A stretch of 64,000 nucleotides of DNA from Azolla caroliniana (lineage: Eukaryota; Plantae; Polypodiophyta). Below are positions 50,201 to 60,463 of the stretch, one piece after another; the first letter of the stretch is position 1; each line of letters begins with the position of its first letter. Made by a program: the position numbers and the translations under genes. The notes under the pieces are model-generated. The model was not told the origin of the DNA, did no database searches, and worked only from the letters and a program-made list of their open reading frames with translations. The stretch spans positions 19,902,001-19,966,000 of the forward strand of contig JBHGNT010000015.1 of NCBI GenBank assembly GCA_043228905.1, read 5' to 3'.

Positions 50201-52210
50201 CCACCGGACACCAAAAATGATGAAATTAGCAAATGAAGAAATTAAACTGAAAGAAGAATTGGAACAGGCCCAAGAAGCACTGCAAGAAAGAGAAAAGCTT
50301 GAGAATAACCTAGTCAATGTATGAGATAGTTCTATTTCATTTGGAATCCATGAAGAATCATGATGTCTATACATGCATTTTGGCATACCATGATTTGATT
50401 GCCTTCATGAAGCCATCAAAACAAAATAATGCATGAAGGAAAAAACTTTATTTGATTGCCAGTCAGAACCTCCAAATTCTGACAGTCATTAAACAGATTG
50501 TCGAAGATTGGCATGAAGGAAATGTGTTGATGAAGGCTTGATTAAATGTAGATTATGGATATGTTGGACCCTAGAGTGCTCATTATGGAAAGTATAAAGG
50601 CAGCCAGACATGTTGGTAAAGCATCCAAAGATCCGGAAGCTCTCATAGAAGGAGAACATACTTGGATTCATCACTCTTTAGGAAAAATTGAAGAAGTTTA
50701 TTTAGCCTGATTTGATTATCAAATACATCTCTCACAAACCTCTTGGGTATGAAAGAATGGGTACTCCAGCTGCAACATCAATCTGGTGCTATTCTCCTAT
50801 GCCGTATTTTATAGCTTTGGATATCTAGCATCATTCTTCACATACAACACTACATTGATGCCCATGGTGTGGGCCAATAAACTTGCTGAGGTTCTTGCAT
50901 TACCAGTACAAGAAATATTGTTGACATATGATTTGGGTATTTGTAACAAAAGTGTTGTTTGCTTTCCATTCCAATGACAAAGAATAGCAGCTTTCATAAG
51001 GGCTTTGCATTTATAGTAGATATATCAATGCTTAACCAGAGCCTTGTCTTTAGCCTTGGGTTTAGTTGAAGGGACAATCATTGAAGCATATATATACACA
51101 ATGTTTCTCCTTATAATGTGAATCAGGAATCTGGACATGAGAATGTGAGAACCGCCCAATCATAATAGTATATGTTCTAGGCCCTCTAGCCAATGGATGG
51201 TGAAATGTTTGAAATCCAGAAGGCATACTAATTGGCACATGACAATGAGAAAAGACATTCATTCTAATAGTATGTTTCATCTTTCATATTAGCATCATCT
51301 TGGTAGAGGATACAAGTGCATCACTTGTATGCTAAAGTTTTATGAGTATCCTTTCATGATGTCATTGACATGTTTGTAGAAACTGAATGGTCCAAGTACA
51401 CATGCTAATACTGCTGTCAAGTTTCACCATAGCAGAATTGAGGGAAAATGTTATGCACTTGACTATTTCCAGCATTGCATAGAGTGGCAAGTATTCAAAT
51501 TATGACCAAGATGATATACTACCTTTACAGATAATTAATTTTATTCATGAAGATTGCTGGCCTAACATATTGATTAATTCTATGGTTTATGAAGGATGTA
51601 ACAAAACTAGAAGAGACCCTGCAGAACTTGCAAAGTGAGCATGCTACCATGCTAGATTACTTGAAATCCCTGGAACAAGAAGTAGAAGTAACATGTAAGG
51701 AAGTGGAAGAGCAAAATGAGAAATACAAACGAGCGAAGGCCCAACTAACTAAGCTCGAAAAAGAGATGAAAACCACTCACGGGTATGTAATTTAAATTTG
51801 TTTTGAATTTTACAGCTCCTTTCAAGTGTTTTGTTTTCATTTTTATGTATCTAATGTGTTGTGCCTAGATTTTTTAAAACAGAGATGAAGCGGACAAATT
51901 TAACAAGGAAATGCATCTGGTTGAGCTAAGTTTGACAACAAATGAAGCTTTGTATAAGCTGAAAGCACTTACTAATGATTATCCAGATTACGGGAAGATG
52001 ATAGAATACAAGATCATTGAGGCTGGATTCTCAATACCCCATGCTGCCTCAAGTGTTCGATCTAGTCGTTCTAGTGTAACAAGCATGTCTAGTCGGGCTT
52101 CACCAAGAAGCTTCTCTTCAAGGCGGTCATCATCATCCATTGCGGCCTCAACAAGAAGCTCGAAAAGTGGGGCTGTCATTAACCTGGAACTCGGCGAAGA
52201 TAATTCGTGA
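40913..52210 (+). CDS. CCDC39: Coiled-coil domain-containing protein 39 (FAP59), axonemal 96-nm ruler; ~929 aa, 16 exons
   Basis: Phase-consistent GT-AG exons: 40913-41062, 42924-43091, 43185-43310, 43444-43664, 44322-44508, 44594-44673, 44996-45098, 45220-45454, 45624-45889, 46085-46216, 46693-46786, 47821-47993, 48092-48238, 50127-50318, 51595-51782, 51883-52210. Motifs LPHFA, EIATEEHL, FKANEKMEQF..LMQWNKEELDQW, TQSAQIELDKTAE.F..LHNERKDLIQLWE and DFEIQCLERKVARASGERS match recalled CCDC39. Ser-rich tail. Confidence 0.9.
41164..41220. repeat. (AG)n microsatellite
   Basis: About 28 AG units in CCDC39 intron 1. Confidence 0.95.
41341..42203. repeat. Near-perfect tandem duplication, 2 x 431 bp (CCDC39 intron 1)
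   Basis: ttagtataattgtgtgttttcatgagaggg occurs at 41341 and 41772. Only one difference was noticed (aacatattt vs aacatcttt). Confidence 0.95.
46884..47347. mobile_element. Solo LTR (464 bp) with 5-bp TSD GTCCT in CCDC39 intron 11
   Basis: TGTTA...TAACA termini, with gtcct at 46879-46883 and 47348-47352. Homologous to the LTR at 24053-24460. Confidence 0.9.
48437..48735. repeat. Tandem duplication, 2 x ~147 bp (intron 13)
   Basis: tatgtttgtcattgta...gttgttggacaacaatat occurs twice. Confidence 0.9.
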
Positions 52211-52492
52211 GTCATCACAAAGTAAATGTACTATTTTGCTCTTTCAAATCAGTTAATGATTATGCTGATGGTGATTGGAGACATTACTTGAGTAGTTTAC
52301 GTCCATGTTGATGGTGAGAGTTTAAAATCTTTGACCCAAGCAAAAGATTGAGATTTTTTGTCATTATTTGATGGAGGAGAATTTCTATGGAAGAGTCATG
52401 CGTGTTAAGTCACAAAATAAAATAGAATTGTTGGTTTTTTAAGAAAAATCTTTGTAATTTACCACTCACCAAGTTTTGTGACAAAAAGGAGG

Positions 52493-53392
52493 GTTGATTT
52501 AAGGGCTGATTGCTGCAAAGAAGTCCATGACTTCTCATTCATATATGATCTAATTGGAATGCTAGCATTGGACAAGTCTCAAACCTTGATTTATGTGTCA
52601 TAGTAGGATTTGGAGCCCCACCGAAGACATCGGCAATCCAATTTCAAGATTTTAAGAATTGAAAATATCGTTAAGCCGTATATTGAACTAGCATTGATTG
52701 ATCATTGCATGCATATATACTTATATTTTACCAGAAATCAAGAGAACTTTCCAAAGACTTGCAATGAATGCATTATTTATGAATCTTGCTTGATGAATAT
52801 CATCAAAATCTCAATCAATATCATTGAGCCTTATATTTAATTAGTATTGATTGATCATAGCACGCATATGCTTATATTAATAATTTAATAAAATGACTCA
52901 TGACTTGCCAATGAAGGCCTTATTTATAAACCTTGCTTGATTGATTTAAGGGCTGATTGCTGCAAAGAAGTCCATGACTTCTCATTCATATATGATCTAA
53001 TTGGAATGCTAGCATTGGACAAGTCTCAAACCTTGATTTATGTGTCATAGTAGGATTTGGAGCCCCACCGAAGACATCGGCAATCCAATTTCAAGATTTT
53101 AAGAATTGAAAATATCGTTAAGCCGTATATTGAACTAGCATTGATTGATCATTGCATGCATATATACTTATATTTTACCAGAAATCAAGAGAACTTTCCA
53201 AAGACTTGCAATGAATGCATTATTTATGAATCTTGCTTGATGAATATCATCAAAATCTCAATCAATATCATTGAGCCTTATATTTAATTAGTATTGATTG
53301 ATCATAGCACGCATATGCTTATATTAATAATTTAATAAAATGACTCATGACTTGCCAATGAAGGCCTTATTTATAAACCTTGCTTGATTGAT
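52493..53392. repeat. Apparently perfect tandem duplication, 2 x 447 bp
   Basis: Identical 76-aa ORFs at 52610 and 53057. gatttaagggctgattgctgc occurs at 52496 and 52943. Confidence 0.95.
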
Positions 53393-53489
53393 ATCATCAA
53401 TGTTTCCAAAATTGTGGTAAGAGGGCATTTTAAAAGGAGGTTTTAGCATAGGACTTGTTTTCTCACATGTCAATACTTGAATCTCTTTT

Positions 53490-54198
53490 ACCCGTGATGT
53501 GTTGGTGTAATGGTAACGGGGGGACACTCCAACTGCTAGGTTGGAGGTTCGAGTCTCCCTGCACCAACATACATGTGGTACCTAAAAAGGGCGGTTTGTG
53601 CTCGTAAGTGATGACGACGAAGATAGTGGCAACGATGCAAATGGTGACAGTGAAGGGCGGTTTGTGCTCGTAAGTGACGACGACGAAGATAGTGGCAACG
53701 ATGCAAATGGTGACAGTGAAGGGCGGTTTGTGCCCGTAAGTGACGACGACGAAGATAGTGGTGACGACGCAAAAATGGTGACAGTGAAGGGCGGTTCGTG
53801 CTCGTAAGTGACGACGACGAAGATAGTGGCAACGATGCAAATGGTGACAGTGAAGGGCGGTTTGTGCCCGTAAGTGACGACGACGAAGATAGTGGTGACG
53901 ATGCAAAAATGGTGACAGTGAAGGGCGGTTTGTGCTCGTAAGTGACGACAACGAAGATAGTGACGGTTTCGACGATGAAGAAGGTAAAAATGTAGCCTGT
54001 CTACAAGTTGCATGATGGAATGTGGTGTGAGTCTCATCATATCCTAGAGGTCATCCTGTGCATGTATCTCACTCGTACCATTCGGTACACCCCATGATGG
54101 ACTATGTACTGCTAATAAAACATGACTTCGTGTGAGTTGTAGCCTTCGGGCGAGCCAAAGATAAAAAAATACTAAAGTAGTATAAACAAATAAGAAAA
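53490..54198 (+). mobile_element. Full-length tRNA-derived SINE-like element with internal VNTR, A-rich tail and 18-bp TSD
   Basis: A box tggtgtaatgg (53503), B box ggttcgagtc (53546), 66/68-bp repeat array 53587-53962 and an A-rich tail. TSD aatacttgaatctctttt at 53472-53489 and 54199-54216. Confidence 0.85.
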
Positions 54199-55272
54199 AA
54201 TACTTGAATCTCTTTTTCAAATGATTGGTTCTTGATCACATTTAAGTTAAGATCAAGCATGCAAAGGACAACGATGTATAACACTTGCAATTATGATTGG
54301 AAATTGGAGTACCAAGTATTGTATAACATGTGCTTAAAATACTTCTATATTTGGAGTGCTTCAAAAAGGAGTATGTGTATAGATGGTTGTCAAGGATTGC
54401 AATGAAGTTTAATGTCTTTAGCCTTAAACATTTCTTAGGGGGGAAATTTTGAATGACCTTGAGACTAGGGCACTGGTCATAATTTGTTAGCTCAACTCAT
54501 AGGAGGATAAAGTGATTGGCAATAGCTTACATATTTGTGTGATGCTCAATGTTGGGTTGAATTGATGCATAGGTGAAGTCACAATGTTGTAGGTGGGAAA
54601 CTCAAAGTTGGGCTTGATGAATGGAATTAAAAATGTAACTTCCACAGGGATTAGGAGCATTACATACTCAAATCCAGCCATAAAATTCTGCAAGAGTGGC
54701 ACACAATAGTGGAGGTTCCTAGCAAATATTCTACGAAATTTGCTACAATTTTATGCTTTTTCCAATAGCACATACTTGCACTAGCAATGTTATTGGCCCC
54801 TTTTCCACTTGACAATTGGGTGTGGGAAAGAACTTGTTCCTAGCTAGAATAACAAGCATGTTGGGTTTTTGGAGTAGCGTGCACACACAACACAAAGCGT
54901 AATGTGCAAATTTACAGACACACCTCATACACATGCATGTGGCCATGAATGAACACGCATATATGCAAGCGCTTAAGCTCTCGCTTGATGTCCTCGGATT
55001 GAATTCTCCTAGAGTCATCCTTATTGTCTACTAGCACTATGTCTTGGGTTCGAAACCCAAATTTCTGACCTCTCGATTAACTCCATCGATATCTCTTACT
55101 TTACTACCATAGATATCTCATAATTTTACTAGATATATCTTTGTTGTCTTGTGTGGAAAAGAGTGTTATATGTATATTAGTTATAACTTATAACACAAGT
55201 TTGCTTGCTATATTTGAGTAGTGTCATGATTCATCAGTAATAATACTGTATACATAGCAATAGCAATAGGAG

Positions 55273-58200
55273 ATGAGCATGAGCATGAGCATGATGATGG
55301 CCCCTCATGTAGTCTTGGGTGCAGGACTCACCACAATCCCCTCCTCTTCTTCTTCCATTTCATCTGTTTCTTCCTCTCAGAATGCCCTGTTTCCTATGTC
55401 TTTCTCTCCACTTCGTCTTCAGAAGAGATGCTCTGCCCCTTCACCTACACGGATGGGCCTCAAAATCGTCCATACTTATGACTCTTCCTTCGAGCTCAAG
55501 CCTGAGGTAAGTCTCTCTCTCTCTCTCTCTCTCTCTTGCTACATTCAAGTTTCATGTCGTTATGCATTTCTTTACAGACCATAACATCTCATTCATTTGC
55601 CCATTTTTGTCATTTGATTTCACTCTCTCTTGCTACATTCAAGTTTCATGTCGTTATTCATTTCTGTACAGACCATAATATCTCATTCATTTGGCCATTT
55701 TGGTCATCTGATTTCAATGCATTGCATTGCATGCCATTTTGTTCCTTTGCATCTTATCTCATTTCATCCCATTGCATCTAATTTCATTTCAGATCCCTGC
55801 TGGTGTTAATATCACTTCATTTTCAAACTATATAATTTCTCTTTCTTTTTCTCACATTGCTTCTGATCTTATTACCATATTCTCTCATAGCTTCTGATGC
55901 TAATATTAGATGCCTTTCCATTTGGGTTCTCACATCACCTCTGGTCTTAATTATCCCATCCCTTTTCTTTTCTGCTCACTTTGCCTTTGGTTAATGTTAA
56001 AGGTTTCATTCTCTTTCTCACATGGCTTCTTTCTAATGGCGATTTTAAAACAATTACCCAATTTCTCTTTTGTATTTGCAGTGTCGAGATCAGCTCCATA
56101 GCCTACTCAATTCATCCACATTTTGTGCCCAGGTTTGGATGCTTCTTTTTGTCTCTGTTTGTAATATTGAAGTTTTTTTCCAACTTTTTTGCCTAATGTA
56201 TGGAAACTTTTTCTTGCCTCCGTTTGGAATATATTGGCATTTTTCTCAGCTTTTACCTAAACTTCTAGAATTCTTCTATTCAGGTAGGAGAGCAATTTGC
56301 TCAAAAAACAGAGGATTCCACAGGATATGAATTCACGGGAGAGCTCTTCCAACCTGTTCCTTGGAGTGTTACTACCCCACATGGCATGCCTCAGGTAGAT
56401 TTAATTGCTGTTTTCCAACACTATACTTCTTCTTATGTCAGTGACAAGCTGTGTTATGAAGAAATTTATGTTTTTTTGCTTATGCCCTGAATCATATACA
56501 GCCTTGGAATACAATGCCACTGAATGAAATGTAATATAATGTCTTCTAAAGGACAATGTCACCTTTAACATTGAAGTTCCAAACGTTCATCTGATATGAT
56601 CTAAATTTGAGGAGAGGGCTGTGGATCATGCGCATTTCGTGTTTATAATATACTGAAGTGTTCAACATGTATTCTACGTTTTAGAACTGCCATATTAAGA
56701 TGTTTTGTTTCTGGCATGTTTAAACTTATCATCTTATTTCTTTTTCATCTGAAACATGGTCCAAATGCTCCAATTTCTCTCACAAGGAATACAAGAATCT
56801 TATGGAGAAATGAGTGACAAACCTTTCTCGAAGTGTTTACTTTTTTGAAATTGAAACTAGAAGTAGATCTTTCCATTTTATTTCTATGTAACAAGAGACT
56901 CTCTATTTATCACGAGTACAGGACTATTAACCCATCTTTGATCTATGCCTTTTGGCCTGATCCTAGGCCCTGACTAACACTGCGTATATGAACCTTGCAG
57001 AGGTAGTTTGAGTACGGGAATATTTTTGAAACATTATCCAAGTACGTTTTTTTGAGGTAGTAAATATACAGCATGTTCTAGAGTGATGTCATATTTCTTC
57101 CTTCTTGATGTAACAACGTTGGGAATGTCTCCACATATCTGTCAGGCCCCAGGGTATACCATTATGTCACTGGATGGATGTCTTCTGTGGCCCAAGCCTC
57201 GCCTTGCACATAGGCATTTCTGGTTTTGTGTTTTATCATCACTATGCTTAGTTTCTTTGTGCTAAGGCTCATGGATATTTGTTATGTTTCTTGTTAAGAT
57301 ATTTGGCTGTTATGAATCATGACATGTTCTATTGTGAGAATCAAAGTTCCATTGCCATGGCCCAAAACCTGGTGTTTCATGCTCTCACTTGACACATGAA
57401 AGTGCTGTATCACTATGTTCAGATGCCAGTTGTGTTCAGGGAATTGCAAACGCATTCTAAGATAATTAAGTCTTTGTCTCTCCTTTGAATTAGCACTGCC
57501 TCTCTATTATTTTAAATAGACAATTCTACCAGCATAATACTAATAGAGTACCGATACTAATGTGGTAGTAACGAATTAATACATTTTCACAATAGTACTA
57601 ACGTGTTTTAGTATTTCAATTGCAAACATAATATAGTAATAGAGTATTCATTGGAGTACTGACACCAGAAGGCTTCCCCATCAGTCAGGATCCAACCCTG
57701 TTGAAAACCCAGTCCTCAAGATGATAAGTATTGATGATGAAGCTTAAAACAATATTGCTTCTTATCATCTGAAATAAAGAAGATTGATAGAGTGCTTATG
57801 TAATTCACCATCTTGCCTTCAACAGAAAATGTTTACAAGTATTGTACGCTGATAATTATCTCAAGGCATTGATTGAACCTCATTTCGTATTTTGATCACC
57901 CAAAATCAACTATATGAAGACAGGGAGTTTGCGTAGTCTAGAAGTAATGCTTGTTTCTGAGATTTGTCACTTGACCTTTTCTAGAAATAGGTGGAGTGCA
58001 CAGTTATTAAGTCCTTTTTCTTTTTATGGATAATTCCTTCCTTCAAAACTCTATTTTACCATCAAAGCTGCCAAAGTTGCAGGAAGTGCAATTAAACCTG
58101 CTGGTAGAATGAGTCCAATGGAGATGCCTTAACTCCAATTGAAATTAATAGACTATCCAGTTTAATTCTGTCCTATCTTTCAATTCTTGATTCATCAATA

Positions 58201-58675
58201 AGTAGGCAAATAAGAGACTGTATGTCATGGTTGGTGCCTTGCACACTTTACTTATTAGAAAGAAGTTTTACATGGAATGTGTAGTTTAATTAATTCTATT
58301 ATTTTCATGTCATCAAATTTGAAAATGTACAGACTTTTATTTCTACTTTGTGGCATTTGAATTCAATACACATGATTGTTTCAAATATTTAGTGTGTATA
58401 TATTTGTATTCTTACATGTCAGGAATTCGAAAAGTACTTCGGCAACCCAGATTATGCCATTGTAAATGTGCCTCCAAATTTTATGTTTCGAGCTAAAGTA
58501 AGTTTATTGTTATAACAATTGGTTTCTATACATTATTTGCGGGCTGTTATCAAGTGGTAATCATTGATTCTTTGGAAGTAATTGCTTGGCTTTCCCATGG
58601 GTGCAGATTTTCAACCCTTCCAGACTGTGTGCAATCTTTAGGAAGGTTGATAAAACGGATCTATCAGCTGTGTAG
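55273..58675 (+). CDS. Small uncharacterised protein with probable chloroplast transit peptide (~162 aa, 4 exons)
   Basis: Exons 55273-55506, 56284-56394, 58423-58497 and 58607-58675, all phase-0 GT-AG. A Ser-rich N-terminus precedes GLKIVHTYDSSFELKPE/VGEQFAQKTEDSTGYEFTGELFQPVPWSVTTPHGMPQ/EFEKYFGNPDYAIVNVPPNFMFRAK/IFNPSRLCAIFRKVDKTDLSAV*. Confidence 0.8.
57330..57422 (+). mobile_element. Copia RNase H fragment in intron
   Basis: Translates as CENQSSIAMAQNLVFHALT*HMKVLYHYV, against the consensus CDNQSAI..AKNPVFHARTKHI..RYH. Confidence 0.7.
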
Positions 58676-59639
58676 GACATGGGAATGAATGGAATGGTGT
58701 ACATCATACATTTTTAATCACCATACATTTCTAACTAGTACTAGGTTGATTCTCTAGCCTTTGTTCCTTCGCTAAATCATGATTTAAAATGAATGTTGAC
58801 ACAAAATCATAAAACTGATATGATGTACAAAATGTGATTTGAACGATGTACCTCCAACTTATAAAGTATTATTTATTTTATACCAATAAGCTACAAAATA
58901 ATGATCATCAATCAAATATGATAATTTACATAATTATCTGTGTATGACAAAGAGGTTTCTATTTATAGATCACCTCCACATGTGTATTTGAAGTGGCATA
59001 GGGCCATTGCACATTTTAATCTAGAAATAATGTAATTCTCTTGTCCTTACCTTTATATTCTATATGTGCTCGAGCATAATAACTATTGATCTTTCATGTG
59101 CATTTATCCTTCACAATTTACAATTCTCAAACTTTTCTCTGTTATAACCCCAAGAATTCGTTACACTTGACTACCATTTGATTTGTGTTACTAGCCCCTA
59201 GAGGGTATTGTTTTGAACATCCATATGGATATTCTCTTTCAAGTAACACCTCTTCCAAGGGTATTGTATTAAGCGATGCCCATCTATAGTGTATCATAAA
59301 TTGAAGCTTCTTGTCTTTACTTCATAAATTTAATATAAATAAACGAAACCATCTTTCTGTGAACATGAAATCACATGATCAACTATAAGAATTGTCTTTG
59401 TGCATGCTAAGTAACCAAAAGCTAGAAACCTACAAAGGTGAATGAGAACATGAGTAGTTATTTATTGATGATAACTTTTGAAAGCACGTTGATTCATGTC
59501 TGTTGCACAAATGGCAGTGGAGTTGTAAAACAAATCAGATTGTGATAGCTATAATCCCTCTGTTTCTTATCAATATCTAGGGGATATATATGCTCCTTGT
59601 GCTAATTTTCGACAAATATCTTACTTTGTATATCTTACT

Positions 59640-60450
59640 TTGAAAATTGCCCTTCACATTGAAAAGAAACGACAAATGCACATTCATCCAATTGTATTGA
59701 TTGTCCAAACACATGTTCCCAAGTTTTACCATTTAAACTCGGCATGTGCATCATCTGATCAAGCTATTTTACACTACCACAAGCATATTCAATGTATTCA
59801 CTGGATCCAGAGCACATCCCCTGATCCCTCATTTTTTTGAAACAGCTCAATGTCAAACTACTGCAGCACATGCTGTGAATAACTTGTAATCAATGCATTC
59901 CAGGATACAACACTCCATAATGGAAGCTTATCAACTAGTCATTATTCTTTTTCCATCATACCACATTTTGTATACATGTCTAACAAATCTGGAACAAGCT
60001 CTTTTTTCAAGAACCCATTCGCATTCATGCAGAACTCTGGCATGGTTCACTTTCCAAGGTCGAGGGAACTTATGCTTCCACAATATTCCAAGATGCAAAC
60101 AAAGAGAACTGCATCCCTCATTTCCCAATTATGTGAAACATTTCAAAGTTTCTTTTTGCTGACTCAAGCATGACCCTCTTCTCTCATATTTATATGGCCC
60201 AACAAGTTTTTAAATCAGAAAGAGAGATACTTTGTGTTTGGTGAAATACATTAGCTGAATACATTTTATGGCCTCATAACCAAGCCATACGCACAGCAAT
60301 CTGTGCACTCCATGATATAACATCATGAACAGGAATTTTATCCAGTATCTCTTGTACTTTACCAAACACCCTACACTTCATACAAAGCCACGAGTGCATT
60401 TCCAAGAAGTATGGTCTTCTCTATTAACACCTCTGTTTGTTAATCTCTAC
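59640..60450 (-). pseudogene. Decayed PPR-motif remnants downstream of the PPR gene stop
   Basis: Minus-strand fragments EKTILLGNALVALY, KVQEILDKIPVHDVISW, DAVLFVCILEYCGSISSLDLG and DLLDMYTKCGMME, with frameshifts. Confidence 0.7.
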
Positions 60451-60463
60451 TGGCATTTGCACC

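Noticed and set aside
52610-53287. Two identical 76-aa ORFs as a duplicated small gene
   Set aside because: TTG starts, no recognisable motif, and fully explained by the 447-bp tandem duplication.
53587-53962. Possible CRISPR-like array or repeat-protein ORFs (53463-54040)
   Set aside because: The units are contiguous with no unique spacers, there are no cas genes and the context is eukaryotic. The ORFs are simple translations of the VNTR.
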